A stretch of 64,000 nt of DNA from an uncultured Acidobacteriota bacterium (lineage in GTDB: Bacteria > Acidobacteriota > UBA6911). The notes under the pieces are model-generated. The model did no database searches and was not told where the DNA came from. It saw nothing but the letters and a program-made list of their open reading frames with translations. The stretch covers positions 576,001 to 640,000 of the forward strand of contig CAWJKZ010000014.1 of the NCBI GenBank assembly GCA_963843575.1. The letters are read 5' to 3'. The translations under genes were made by a program, and so were the position numbers. This document shows positions 30,078-39,772 of the stretch, one piece after another. Positions within the stretch are counted from its first letter, which is position 1. The number at the start of each line of letters is the position of its first letter.

Positions 30078-32129
30078 TCAAACACCCTTGGCGATGATCA
30101 GCGTGATGTCGTCGTGTTGCTTGAGACTCCCCTGCCAGCGCCTGACCTCTTCCGTCACGATCCGGTAAATCGACTCGGGATCGAGAGTGCTCCGGTCGCG
30201 CAGAATGCCGATCAGCCGTTCTTCACCAAACTCCTCGTCGGCGTCATTAAAAGCCTCGGTCACGCCATCGGTGAAAATCGCCAGCAAGGCTCCCGGGTTG
30301 AGCTCTACGGACCCGGTCTGAAACCGCGCCGTCTCGAAGAGCCCGAGGACCGTCCCACCGTCCTCCAGCCGTCTGACGGTCCCGCCATCCACAAGGACGG
30401 GTGGCAGGTGGCCGGCGTTGCAGAAGTGCAGCATCCTTCGCGGAGCATCGAACAGGCTCGCGAACAGGGTGACGTATTTCTCCGAGGGACTGTTCAGGTA
30501 GATCTGCTGGTTGAGGCGCCGCATCATTTCAGCGAGCGTTTCACCGATGTCTTCTGCCCCCCCCTGCTTGAAGAGCGGCAGCTGGTTGCGCATGGCCGCC
30601 TGCAGGTTGGCCATCAGGAGCGCAGCCGAGATGCCCTTGCCGCTGATGTCGCCCACGAGGATATGCAGCCGTGTCTCATCCTGGATTATGAAATCGTAGT
30701 AGTCGCCGCTGACGACGCGCGCCGGCTCGCAGCCGCCGAACACGGTCAGGCCGGGCGCCCGTGGGAGCAGCTTCGGGAACAAGGTCGCCTGGACCTCGCG
30801 CGCGATCTCGAGCTCCTGCTCCAGGCGCTTCTTCTCGCTGACCTCCTCCAGCAGCCGGGTCATCGACGAGGCCATCTGGTTGAACGAGTGCGCCAGGAGG
30901 CCGAGCTGGTCCTTGCGGCGCACCGGAATCCGGTGTTGCAGATCCCCGCTCTGCAACGCCATGGTCCCCTGGTACAGGTCGTGTATGGAGCCGGTGATCC
31001 GCCGGCTGATGTTCACGCCGATGAACACCGAGACAAGTTCAACGACCACAAACAGTCCCACCAGCACATACATCACCCGAAGCAACACCTCTCCCTGATT
31101 GTACTTGCCCGAAAGGTAGGTCTGATAGAGGACCTTGACCGGGACATAAAACACCGAGAAAGCGCCAAGATCCCTGGATCCTGTCCGGTAGTTCCTGGCC
31201 TCCAGGAGGGTCCACCACCACACCATGCGCCGGGTGTCTCCCTGTCGCCGACTCTCCAGCGTCTGCGCCCGACCATCAACCTGGACCGTCCTCTCGGCCG
31301 CGCCGTCGTCGACGCGGATCTCGATCCCGCCCCCTTTCTTGACAGTTGAGCGACCAGTCCCCTCGAAGATCGCATACAGCGACTTTTCCCGCTCTAGACG
31401 CTGCTCCGTGGCCTGCTCCAGCGGGACTGAAACCTCCAGATAGTAGGGCGGATACCGCAGCAAGGGATGCACTGCCGTGAAGATGACCGTCCGCTCGTAG
31501 CGCAGGAGGCCTTCGAATTCAGGATTGGATCCCAGCCACAAACCGGCAGGGTATGGACCTCCCCGGGGCACCGGCGAAAACTCGCCATGAATCCAGGAGA
31601 CCGCGAAACTCCCGTCCGGGAGCTTGCGCGAAAGCCGCGCGAAGATCTTCGGGAACTGCGGTTCGTGGCTTTCAAAAACTGCCGCGGCCGCGCGATCCAA
31701 GGCTTCGGCCGGATCATCGGGCCGGATCTGCTGGGCCAGCTCGGTGTTGACGGACGATATCTCGTGAACCATCGAGTTCAGCGAAGACTCGAGGTAGTTC
31801 GCGGCAAGCTGCCCGGCCAACACGTAAGAAGCGAGGAACGCAGTGCCCGCCAGCAGCAGCAGCGGCAGAAAACCGACGAAGACAAACGACCCCATCACGC
31901 GGTTGCGGACCCGCCAGAAAAACCGGTTCTTCAGGCTTCGGAGCAGCCGAACGAGCACCAGGCCGATCACAACCGCTCCGAAGGACCATCCCAGGAAAAC
32001 CACGAGGCCGTGCAACCACGGGCGAAAGATCAACACCGCTGCGAAGGCAGCCAGACCGAACCACTTCCAACGTGTCATCAAGGGCTTGCCGGGCGCATCC
32101 TTCCCTAGCGGGAGAAATTGCTGTTCCAT
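30078..32129 (-). CDS. Membrane HAMP + SpoIIE/PP2C (RsbU-like) phosphatase
   Basis: TM segments, HAMP (DQLGLLAHSFNQM), SGDYYD, GDISGKG, NAGH, FTDGVTE, DDIT. Confidence 0.92.
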   Translation of the reverse strand: MEQQFLPLGKDAPGKPLMTRWKWFGLAAFAAVLIFRPWLHGLVVFLGWSFGAVVIGLVLVRLLRSLKNRFFWRVRNRVMGSFVFVGFLPLLLLAGTAFLASYVLAGQLAANYLESSLNSMVHEISSVNTELAQQIRPDDPAEALDRAAAAVFESHEPQFPKIFARLSRKLPDGSFAVSWIHGEFSPVPRGGPYPAGLWLGSNPEFEGLLRYERTVIFTAVHPLLRYPPYYLEVSVPLEQATEQRLEREKSLYAIFEGTGRSTVKKGGGIEIRVDDGAAERTVQVDGRAQTLESRRQGDTRRMVWWWTLLEARNYRTGSRDLGAFSVFYVPVKVLYQTYLSGKYNQGEVLLRVMYVLVGLFVVVELVSVFIGVNISRRITGSIHDLYQGTMALQSGDLQHRIPVRRKDQLGLLAHSFNQMASSMTRLLEEVSEKKRLEQELEIAREVQATLFPKLLPRAPGLTVFGGCEPARVVSGDYYDFIIQDETRLHILVGDISGKGISAALLMANLQAAMRNQLPLFKQGGAEDIGETLAEMMRRLNQQIYLNSPSEKYVTLFASLFDAPRRMLHFCNAGHLPPVLVDGGTVRRLEDGGTVLGLFETARFQTGSVELNPGALLAIFTDGVTEAFNDADEEFGEERLIGILRDRSTLDPESIYRIVTEEVRRWQGSLKQHDDITLIIAKGV

Positions 32130-32290
32130 ATCAGGCTGGAATTATAGGGCCAAACAGCTCGACACCCCCCACAATTCGACGGCCACAAGGGTGGCACGCC
32201 CGCGGGCGCCAAATCGTTTGTGTCGGAGCCGCTTCCTGACTAGAATCACCGCGGGGAAGGCGTACTGTGCAATTCTATCTGGAGACAGAA

Positions 32291-33052
32291 ATGAAAATCG
32301 CGCTCACTTCAAGGCTCATTCCGATCCTTCTGTGCGGCCTGGCCATCGCAGCGGCGCAGCCGGCGCCTGCCGCCGCCCAGGGACTGTTCAGCAAAGACCT
32401 CACGCTCCACGAAACCACCACCGGAGGAATGGGGGGCGGTACCAACGTCACCACCACCACCTATCTAAGCGACAACGCCATGAAGCGCTCGTCTTCGGAC
32501 GGGAACGACACCATCATCCGCTTCGACACGGGAACCATGATCTCGATCGATCACAAGAAAAAGACCTACACCGAAATGACCATGGCGGAACTGCAGGCCA
32601 TGCTCGACAAGGCCGCCGGGGCGATGCAGCAAATGGACGGCGAGACAGCAGCGGCGATGCGGAAGATGATGGGCGGCGGCAACGGCAACATCTCGTTCTC
32701 GGTTGCCAAGGTTGGGCCGGGCGAGCCAATTGCCGGGTACGCCACGGAAAAATACCTGGTGAAGGGGCCCGTCGAGATGGAAATCTGGGCGGCTCCCGAC
32801 GTGAAGGTCCCGGCCGCCTATTACGACGCCATGAAAGCGCGGATGAGACCCAATCCCCTTTTCGACATGGCCAAGATGTACGACGAGTTCAAGAAGATCA
32901 ACGGCATGGCGCTCAAGAGCGTTTCCACAATGAAGATGATGGGCCGGGAGATGACCACGACCACGATCGTCAATTCCGTCGAAAAGGGTCCGGTCCCCGC
33001 GTCGACATTCGCCGTCCCTGCCGGCTACAAAAAGGTTTCGATGAAGGACTAG
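32291..33052 (+). CDS. Secreted DUF4412-like protein
   Basis: Signal peptide, IDHKKKTY, IAGY.TEKY, FAVPAGYKKV terminus. Confidence 0.75.
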   Translation: MKIALTSRLIPILLCGLAIAAAQPAPAAAQGLFSKDLTLHETTTGGMGGGTNVTTTTYLSDNAMKRSSSDGNDTIIRFDTGTMISIDHKKKTYTEMTMAELQAMLDKAAGAMQQMDGETAAAMRKMMGGGNGNISFSVAKVGPGEPIAGYATEKYLVKGPVEMEIWAAPDVKVPAAYYDAMKARMRPNPLFDMAKMYDEFKKINGMALKSVSTMKMMGREMTTTTIVNSVEKGPVPASTFAVPAGYKKVSMKD

Positions 33053-33122
33053 CGGCTGCTCAATTCAGGGCGGGCCCTCCGCGCCGCCCTGATCGATTCC
33101 TCCCGGGATCAAGGCTTGCGCA

Positions 33123-33314
33123 TCATCTCGTGGCGGCGCAATTCGGACTCCGTGCAGGGCTTTCACCCGGGTATCCTGTCGCCCTGTGCCACGCGATACC
33201 CGGGAGAAACAGCAGTCGCAGATCCTCGCCCGCGCTGAAGAACTCCCAGTCCGCCTTCACCTCGTCCGTGACCTTGTGATTGTCCCGCAGGGTGTACTCT
33301 TCCCGTTTCCGCAT
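33123..33314 (-). CDS. Possible small protein or gene remnant
   Basis: Purine-rich SD (GGGAAGGA), then MRKREEYTLRDNHKVTDEVKADWEFF... The C-terminal part looks non-coding. Confidence 0.3.
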   Translation of the reverse strand: MRKREEYTLRDNHKVTDEVKADWEFFSAGEDLRLLFLPGIAWHRATGYPGESPARSPNCAATR

Positions 33315-33455
33315 GCCGCAGTCCGGATCCTTCCCTTCGAATTCCGTCCGACGCACCTCAAAAGCACGTTGCGGGTGGCCCAGCACGACCTATAATTGCC
33401 CGGCGTTTAATACCCCGGCGTCGCATTCGACGGAGCAAGACAACGAGGAGGGACG

Positions 33456-33785
33456 ATGGGTTCACCCACTGCCGTTTATGTCGGGATCAAAGGGTGTGTT
33501 CTCGCGCTGGACCGGGCGACAGGAACTGAAATCTGGCGCGCGGCGCTTAAAGGGAGCGATTTCGTCAACGTCACGGCAAGCGGCGGCGATCTTCTGGCCA
33601 CCACCCGGGGCGAAATATACTGCCTGGACAGCGCGACGGGCCACGTTCACTGGCACAATCCATTGAGAGGCTTGGGATTCGGCCTCTGTACCGTCGCTCC
33701 AGCCGAGGGCCTGCAAACCCCCGTGGCCGCCGCAAAACGGCGCAGGGACGAGGCGGCCGCCGCTTCCGCCGCCGCTGCCAGCTGA
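33456..33785 (+). CDS. Small PQQ-like beta-propeller repeat protein
   Basis: Two repeats: LALDRATGTEIW and YCLDSATGHVHW. GAGGAGG SD. Confidence 0.82.
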   Translation: MGSPTAVYVGIKGCVLALDRATGTEIWRAALKGSDFVNVTASGGDLLATTRGEIYCLDSATGHVHWHNPLRGLGFGLCTVAPAEGLQTPVAAAKRRRDEAAAASAAAAS

Positions 33786-33827
33786 CGCCGGCCGGGTTTT
33801 GTCGCGGCGTGTGCCGAGACGAACTCG

Positions 33828-34565
33828 TCAACGAACCGTCGACCCGTCGGCGCTCTCGGAGTGGCCCGGCCACGCCCTGCCACTCGCCAGAGCATAGTAT
33901 CGCGCCGTCCTCGGCAGCTGCGCCCGCAATCCGGCCACGAGGAAACCTCCGGCCACCAGCAGAAACACGCCCAGCCTGAGCCAAGCCAGCTCCATGGGCC
34001 CAAGCCCCAGCCTGCCGCCCAGCCTCCAGGCCGCCCAAATGGCTACCTGCGCGGGCACCACGGTCCACACCCCGATGTAAAACCACGCTTTCTCGGCACC
34101 TTCTCCCTTGGTGGAACGGCGCGCCCGGGGCGTCCAGTCAAGCAAGGTGGCGCATACAACAGCCAGCGCAAGAGGGTAATAGAGCCAGAAATAGAGCTGC
34201 TCCAAAACCCACGCTCCCGTGAAAATCGCAATGACCAGCCCTATCAGATTGAGGGTAAAGGGCACGATGATGGCAATCCAGGCAGCCGTATAGCAGACAA
34301 GGCGATATCCGAGGTTCGGTTGGTCGAGTCCATAGTGCGTAATGTAAGGCCGCGGTTCGACTCCCGGAAGCCTCCCGGCTACCCCCCGCCAGATGCACAC
34401 CGAAACGACTAGAGCCAGCCAAAGCGCGTGCCTGCGGTCGGGGCCGCTAAGGTAAAGCGCGTAGGTCAGATGGCCCGGCAGAATGAAGAACACCCATATC
34501 CAGATGGGGAGGTGGAGGATCCGATAGTAGGTCTTGTTGAGTTCTCGCTGTACGACCTTCTTCAT
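33828..34565 (-). CDS. Hypothetical integral membrane protein (~6 TM)
   Basis: Long ORF with Trp-rich hydrophobic segments and an AT-rich upstream region. Confidence 0.75.
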   Translation of the reverse strand: MKKVVQRELNKTYYRILHLPIWIWVFFILPGHLTYALYLSGPDRRHALWLALVVSVCIWRGVAGRLPGVEPRPYITHYGLDQPNLGYRLVCYTAAWIAIIVPFTLNLIGLVIAIFTGAWVLEQLYFWLYYPLALAVVCATLLDWTPRARRSTKGEGAEKAWFYIGVWTVVPAQVAIWAAWRLGGRLGLGPMELAWLRLGVFLLVAGGFLVAGLRAQLPRTARYYALASGRAWPGHSESADGSTVR

Positions 34566-34631
34566 ATGTATTATTCCGTTTTATAAATAGTTTAGGTAGA
34601 TCAATCTAAACAATTACATTAACCTTGCTGT

Positions 34632-37160
34632 CTACTTCGCGGGTGCGGCCAGGGACTGCATTTCCTTCTCCAGGTCTCGCGTGATCGACTCTGGATCGCG
34701 CGAGGGGTCGATGCGCATTGGGGCGCCGACGGTGACCGTCACGGCTCCCGGCGCGAACTTCTTTCCCATTCGCTTCAGCTCGAACAAGCCGTCGATCCGG
34801 ATGGTCACGACGGGCAGGTTCAGACTCCTGGCCAGCATCCCTATACCGCTCCGGAAAGGCGACAGCTTCCCATCCTGGGTACGCCGCCCTTCGGGAAACA
34901 CCAGGATAGAGTACCCATTGTCGGCGGACTCCCCGGCAAAGGCGAAACTTTCCCGGAACCCGGTTTGCTGTGGCAGGGGAAAGACGTTGAAAAGGGTCAC
35001 GACGAGGTAATAGGACATCTGTTCGACGAACCGCTTGCGCGGGGGCAGGTCTCGCGGAGGGTTGCGCATCCCTTCGAGCATCTCGCCGAGCATCGCCACC
35101 GCGAGGCGGTGCCGGATGCGCGCGGGAACCGCGGCGAGGATGAAACCGACATCGACCTGAGTGATGTGGTTGGAGACAATCAGGAGCGGACCGGAGACAC
35201 CCCGGAGGTTCTCCCTGCCGCGGACCCGGGGCCAGGCCATGAGCAGGGTTGCGGGGAATGAAACAAGGTAGTAGACCGCGAGCCGAAGTGCAGTGAAGAT
35301 CAAGTTGCGCGGCCACCGGGGATACTGGTAGTCGGAGCGGCGCACGATCGGCTGCCGCAGCATCTTCTCCAGGTCTCCAACCGTGGTAGCCCCAGTGAAT
35401 TTCGACTCGTTGAGGTCGGTCTGGTAGCGGTCTTCGAGCGCGCTGAGAAGTTCCACCCGTTCGATGGAGGTGAGGTTGAGTTCTTCATTCAGGTTCGTGG
35501 ATTCGGAGATCCCCGGACAGCGTCTGGAAGTGATGCGCTCGAGAAGATCCACCAAGGATCCGGAATGGGGAGACGAGTGGGGGCTTGCGTTGCCTGCCTG
35601 GGAACGGACGAAGGCCTCGATCAGGTTGAGCCGGGGCTTCTGGGTAGACGTCCGGGGGAAGTCCTCATCGGGCCACACGTGCCAGCGCCGTATCTGCTGG
35701 AATTCGGCAAGCGACTGGTTGGCGCGCCGGACTGCCGTCTCGGCGTCGCCGTGCACGATCAGGACTGCGCAGGGTTCCGCGTTCTGGTCCCGGCCCAGAC
35801 CGATGACGACGCAGTCGCGTACCTCGGGCTGCTGCCGCAGCGCGGCCTCCAAGTCCTCCGGGTAGATGTTCATGCCTTCGGGGGTGACGATGACGCTCTT
35901 TTTCCGACCCTTGAAATAGAGGTTCCCCTGCTCGTCCAGCTCGCCCATGTCGCCGGTGTGAAACCATCCTTCCTGTTCGAGTACCGGAATGGTCTCACCG
36001 CCCTTCGTGTATGCAGCGGCCACATTCTCGCCGCGCACGAGGATCTCCCCGCTGGCGTCGAGCTTCATTTCGTGCCCGGGCAGGACCTTGCCGATGGACC
36101 CGCGCCCCAGCCTGAACGGGTGGTTGACGCTGACCAGCGAGGTGGTTTCGGTGAGCCCGTACCCCTGGATAACGACGAAGCTGAGCTTCGTCCAGAAGAG
36201 TTCGGTGGCCGAGTCCAGGGCCGCCCCTCCTGAGATGAATGCCCAGAATTTCCAGCCGAACTGGCTGTGGATCCGGCGAAAACGCCACCAGCGCCTGACG
36301 AAATGCTCCCCCTGGGATGCGGCCAGTTGCCGTTCGAACCACTCCAGGCGGCCGGCGGACTCGAAGTCGCGGCGCACCTTCTCCCGCAGGGTCTCCAGCA
36401 GTCTGGGCACGGCGACCAGCACCGAGACACGTTCGCGCCTTATGCTGCGGACTATTTCGGAGGGATTGAGCGTGTCGTGGAACAATACGGTGGCACCCAA
36501 CAGCTGCGGGATGAAAATCCCGAGGAACTGTCCGAAGACGTGGCTGAGGGGGAGCAGGTTTAGGAACCGGAGCGGGTGGAAAAGCCGTTCGTATTTCAGG
36601 TACTTGCTGATCTCCAGCTCGAGTGGCTCCAGGTTTGCCAGCACGTTCCGGTGGGTCAGCACGACTCCCTTGGGGTCCGCGGTGGTGCCTGAGGTGAAGA
36701 CGATCTCGATGGGATCGTCGCGCCGTGCCTCCCCGGGATATGGCGAATCGGGCAGGTGCGCCAGGGATTGTCGGAGCTCGTCCAGCAGCAAAATGGCGGT
36801 GCCTCGGGGGAATTGCTTCTCCTGTTCCCGCGCACAGACGCACAGGCGCGGGCTCACCTGGCTCGCGACCCGGAGGGCAAAGTCAGGGGAGGCGATGCGA
36901 TCCATGGGGACGACCACCGCACCGCGCAAGAGAGAACCCAGGAAGGCGACAACCCACTCGGCGCTGTTGTCTCCCCAGATCAGGACTTTTTCCCCTTTCG
37001 CTACCCCTCGAGTCTCGAGTTCCCTCGCAAAGCGCCTAGCGGTCGAAGCCACCTCTCCGTATGACCACCGCACGGTGCGGTAGCCGCGTCGGTGCGCATA
37101 GGCAATCTCGGATCCCCGCGCGGCGAAATCGTCGAGATAACTGGTAACCGTCTGTCGCAT
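34632..37160 (-). CDS. AMP-binding acyl ligase + acyl carrier + PlsC-type acyltransferase fusion (Aas-like)
   Basis: FTSGTTADPKG, GYGLTE, FHTGD. Carrier motif LTSIERVEL. Acyltransferase NHITQVD and FPEG. Confidence 0.9.
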   Translation of the reverse strand: MRQTVTSYLDDFAARGSEIAYAHRRGYRTVRWSYGEVASTARRFARELETRGVAKGEKVLIWGDNSAEWVVAFLGSLLRGAVVVPMDRIASPDFALRVASQVSPRLCVCAREQEKQFPRGTAILLLDELRQSLAHLPDSPYPGEARRDDPIEIVFTSGTTADPKGVVLTHRNVLANLEPLELEISKYLKYERLFHPLRFLNLLPLSHVFGQFLGIFIPQLLGATVLFHDTLNPSEIVRSIRRERVSVLVAVPRLLETLREKVRRDFESAGRLEWFERQLAASQGEHFVRRWWRFRRIHSQFGWKFWAFISGGAALDSATELFWTKLSFVVIQGYGLTETTSLVSVNHPFRLGRGSIGKVLPGHEMKLDASGEILVRGENVAAAYTKGGETIPVLEQEGWFHTGDMGELDEQGNLYFKGRKKSVIVTPEGMNIYPEDLEAALRQQPEVRDCVVIGLGRDQNAEPCAVLIVHGDAETAVRRANQSLAEFQQIRRWHVWPDEDFPRTSTQKPRLNLIEAFVRSQAGNASPHSSPHSGSLVDLLERITSRRCPGISESTNLNEELNLTSIERVELLSALEDRYQTDLNESKFTGATTVGDLEKMLRQPIVRRSDYQYPRWPRNLIFTALRLAVYYLVSFPATLLMAWPRVRGRENLRGVSGPLLIVSNHITQVDVGFILAAVPARIRHRLAVAMLGEMLEGMRNPPRDLPPRKRFVEQMSYYLVVTLFNVFPLPQQTGFRESFAFAGESADNGYSILVFPEGRRTQDGKLSPFRSGIGMLARSLNLPVVTIRIDGLFELKRMGKKFAPGAVTVTVGAPMRIDPSRDPESITRDLEKEMQSLAAPAK

Positions 37161-37364
37161 AAGAGAATGAATTCTACGCGATCATGCTGACGCGATCACG
37201 ACAAGATCGCATGGGACCGCGCACATCCTGCAAGGATGTCCGGGACGCCGTGGCGCGGCGGGTGCCGGGCTGCAGGAAACACGCGGGAAGTGCCGGGCGC
37301 CGCCCGCGGGGCAGTCTGATTCAGTCAGTCTCCGCCGGCGGCCGCCGCCGCGCTGCAGAAGGGA

Positions 37365-37895
37365 TCATAGGGCGCGCACGTCGGACGCATCGATCTCGAT
37401 GGAAACGGCCTGCCGGATGAGATCGACTTTGAGAACAAAGCGGAAGCGCCCCTTCTTCTGGACGAGGATGCCCTGGATTCCCTTCAAGGGACCGGCGACG
37501 ATTTCGACGCGGCGGCCGATCTGCATGTAGGGGTAGGGATCGACCGAGATACTTACCTCGAGGAAACGCCGGACCGCCTCGATCTGGTTCTCGGGAATGG
37601 GATCAGCGTGGCCCTCGTGACCGACAAACCGTACCGCCCCGGGCAGGTTCAGGATCCGGTACCGATTCTCGGGGGTGTTGACCTGGTTGACGAAGATGTA
37701 TCCCGGGAAGAGCGGCATCCAGATCCGCTTCTTCCTGTCTTTCCACCGGCTCAAGACCTCGCGCATGGGCAGGAAGACTTCAATGGAGCGGTCGGTCAGG
37801 TCCGTGAGCATCTTCTTCTCGAAGCGGCTTCGGGTATAGACCGCATACCACTCCGGGGAATCACTGGCCTTGGCATCATTGCCGGTCACTTCCAT
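37365..37895 (-). CDS. UpxY/LoaP-like NusG-paralog transcription antiterminator
   Basis: WYAVYTRSRFEKK, SRWKDRKK, PLFPGYIFV, KOW motif VEIVAGPLKGIQG. Confidence 0.9.
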   Translation of the reverse strand: MEVTGNDAKASDSPEWYAVYTRSRFEKKMLTDLTDRSIEVFLPMREVLSRWKDRKKRIWMPLFPGYIFVNQVNTPENRYRILNLPGAVRFVGHEGHADPIPENQIEAVRRFLEVSISVDPYPYMQIGRRVEIVAGPLKGIQGILVQKKGRFRFVLKVDLIRQAVSIEIDASDVRAL

Positions 37896-38074
37896 TCGCA
37901 TACCCAAATGAAGTATTGTCCGCCTGAGAGGTTGCCAGGGCTTAGAGCGAACGACAGACCCTGGTACACCGGGAACTGTGCCGGAGCGCGCCCGAATATA
38001 GCACACAACATCGGGCCGTCAAACCCTTCGGGTCTGGGGTTCCGTGCAGAAAGGCCGCAATCTAGGGAGGTTTG

Positions 38075-39058
38075 GTGAATCGGTCGAGGGTCGTGAACGC
38101 ACTGGCCGCGGGCGCGCTCGAGGAAGCCTCCGCGATCATAAGGCGCGGAGGGGTCGTCGCATTTCCGACGGAAACGGTGTACGGGCTCGGGGCGGACGCG
38201 ACCAACCCCGTCGCCGTGGCGCGAGTTTTCGAGCTGAAGCGACGCCCTTCGTTCGACCCCCTCATCGTCCACGTAGCCGATCCCGGCTCGGCGAGGGTTT
38301 ACGGTGACCTCGACCAGCGGCATGCCAATGAGCTGATCCAACGGTTCTGGCCCGGTCCCCTGACGCTCGTGGTGCCGCGCAAGGCTACGGTGCCGGGCAT
38401 CGTCACTGCCGGGCTCGATACCGTGGCGATACGGATGCCCGCACACGAAACCGCCATCTCCCTGATCCGCTCCGTCGGCAGCGCGATTGCGGCCCCCAGC
38501 GCCAACCTCTTCGGGCATGTGAGCCCAACGACCGCCGCCCACGTCTGCGAGCAGCTGCCCGATGTGGACCTCATCCTCGACGGGGGAGCGTGCCCGGTCG
38601 GGGTGGAGTCGACGATCATTGCCCTCGGCGGGCCCGAGCCGAGGCTCCTCCGACCCGGGGGCGTTTCGGTGGAGGAGATCGAGAGGGTGGTTGGGCCCGT
38701 TCGGCTGGATTCCAGCACCCCTGAAGTCCCCCTCAGCCCAGGTCAGCTCTCCAGGCACTATGCAACGCGCACGCGCCTCGAGATTGTTGAGGAGGAGGAT
38801 CTTGCGGCTGAAACGGGGCCACGGGATAACGTGGGGGTACTTGCGTTGAAATGCCCGCGGCACCCCGGCAGGTATGCAGCGGTCGAAGTCCTGTCGGAGT
38901 CCCGCGACTTGAGGGAGGCCGCGGCGAACCTGTTTTCCTCCCTGCGCCGACTGGACCAGCTCGCACTGGACCGTATCCTCGCCGTCCGAGTACCCGAAGA
39001 GGGTTTGGGGCTCGCCATCATGGACAGGCTCCGTCGCTGTTCCGCCGGGCGGGATTGA
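38075..39058 (+). CDS. sua5: L-threonylcarbamoyladenylate synthase (Sua5 type)
   Basis: VAFPTETVYGLGA, KRRPSFDPLIVH, APSAN, PGQLSRHYA, C-terminal SUA5 domain. Confidence 0.95.
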   Translation: MNRSRVVNALAAGALEEASAIIRRGGVVAFPTETVYGLGADATNPVAVARVFELKRRPSFDPLIVHVADPGSARVYGDLDQRHANELIQRFWPGPLTLVVPRKATVPGIVTAGLDTVAIRMPAHETAISLIRSVGSAIAAPSANLFGHVSPTTAAHVCEQLPDVDLILDGGACPVGVESTIIALGGPEPRLLRPGGVSVEEIERVVGPVRLDSSTPEVPLSPGQLSRHYATRTRLEIVEEEDLAAETGPRDNVGVLALKCPRHPGRYAAVEVLSESRDLREAAANLFSSLRRLDQLALDRILAVRVPEEGLGLAIMDRLRRCSAGRD

Positions 39059-39250
39059 CTCGTCCGGCGCTTCCGGGGACGCGCCTCCGTCTCTCATGTC
39101 TTCGTTCGGGCGGGAAGTATCGCGTATCCGTTGGGCGGGGCGCCGCGCCGTCAACCGGTCCGGCCTTCGCGCCGGCAGGCTCCGGGCATTGAAGTTTTTG
39201 TCTCGCAGCGAGGTATTGTCGGGTAAAGTAACCGCGGAGCCGCGTGACCG

Positions 39251-39745
39251 ATGCCCATCGATTGTGACGAAATCCTGCCGGGAATTCTCTGGGTGGGGAC
39301 TTTCGTCCGCCCCGGTGAGATCGATGGCCTGCTGGAGAGACACATTACGACGGTGGTCAGCCTCCAAACCGATGGGAACTTCGCCTATTGCGGAGTTTCG
39401 GCCGATCAACTGACCCGGGCGCTGTCTGCGGCCGGCATTGCGCTTCGGCGTGTCCCGGTCGAGGACTTCAGCGCCGATCTGCTCGCCAGAAAACTGCCGG
39501 AATGCGTGGTAGTCCTGGCGGGCGCGCTCGCCCCGGAAGGAGCCCGCGTCTACCTTCACTGCACCGCGGGCATGAACCGGTCCCCGACGGTTGCGGCAGG
39601 CTACCTGATCCAGGCGCGGGGCGCCACTGCCCGACTGGCCCATGATTATGTGAGGACGCGCCGCCGGTGCAGACCCTACCTCTCGGTACTCGAGCAATTC
39701 GAGGAATACACGAAACAGCGGGATTCGGGACCAAGTAAGCCCTGA
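39251..39745 (+). CDS. Dual-specificity phosphatase (SEX4/laforin-like)
   Basis: CX5R loop HCTAGMNRS, acid loop VEDF. Confidence 0.88.
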   Translation: MPIDCDEILPGILWVGTFVRPGEIDGLLERHITTVVSLQTDGNFAYCGVSADQLTRALSAAGIALRRVPVEDFSADLLARKLPECVVVLAGALAPEGARVYLHCTAGMNRSPTVAAGYLIQARGATARLAHDYVRTRRRCRPYLSVLEQFEEYTKQRDSGPSKP

Positions 39746-39772
39746 TTCTCTCGAAGGAGCCCAAAGCCCCAC

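Noticed and set aside
39746-39772. yybP-ykoY manganese riboswitch before terC
   Set aside because: The intergenic gap is only 27 nt.
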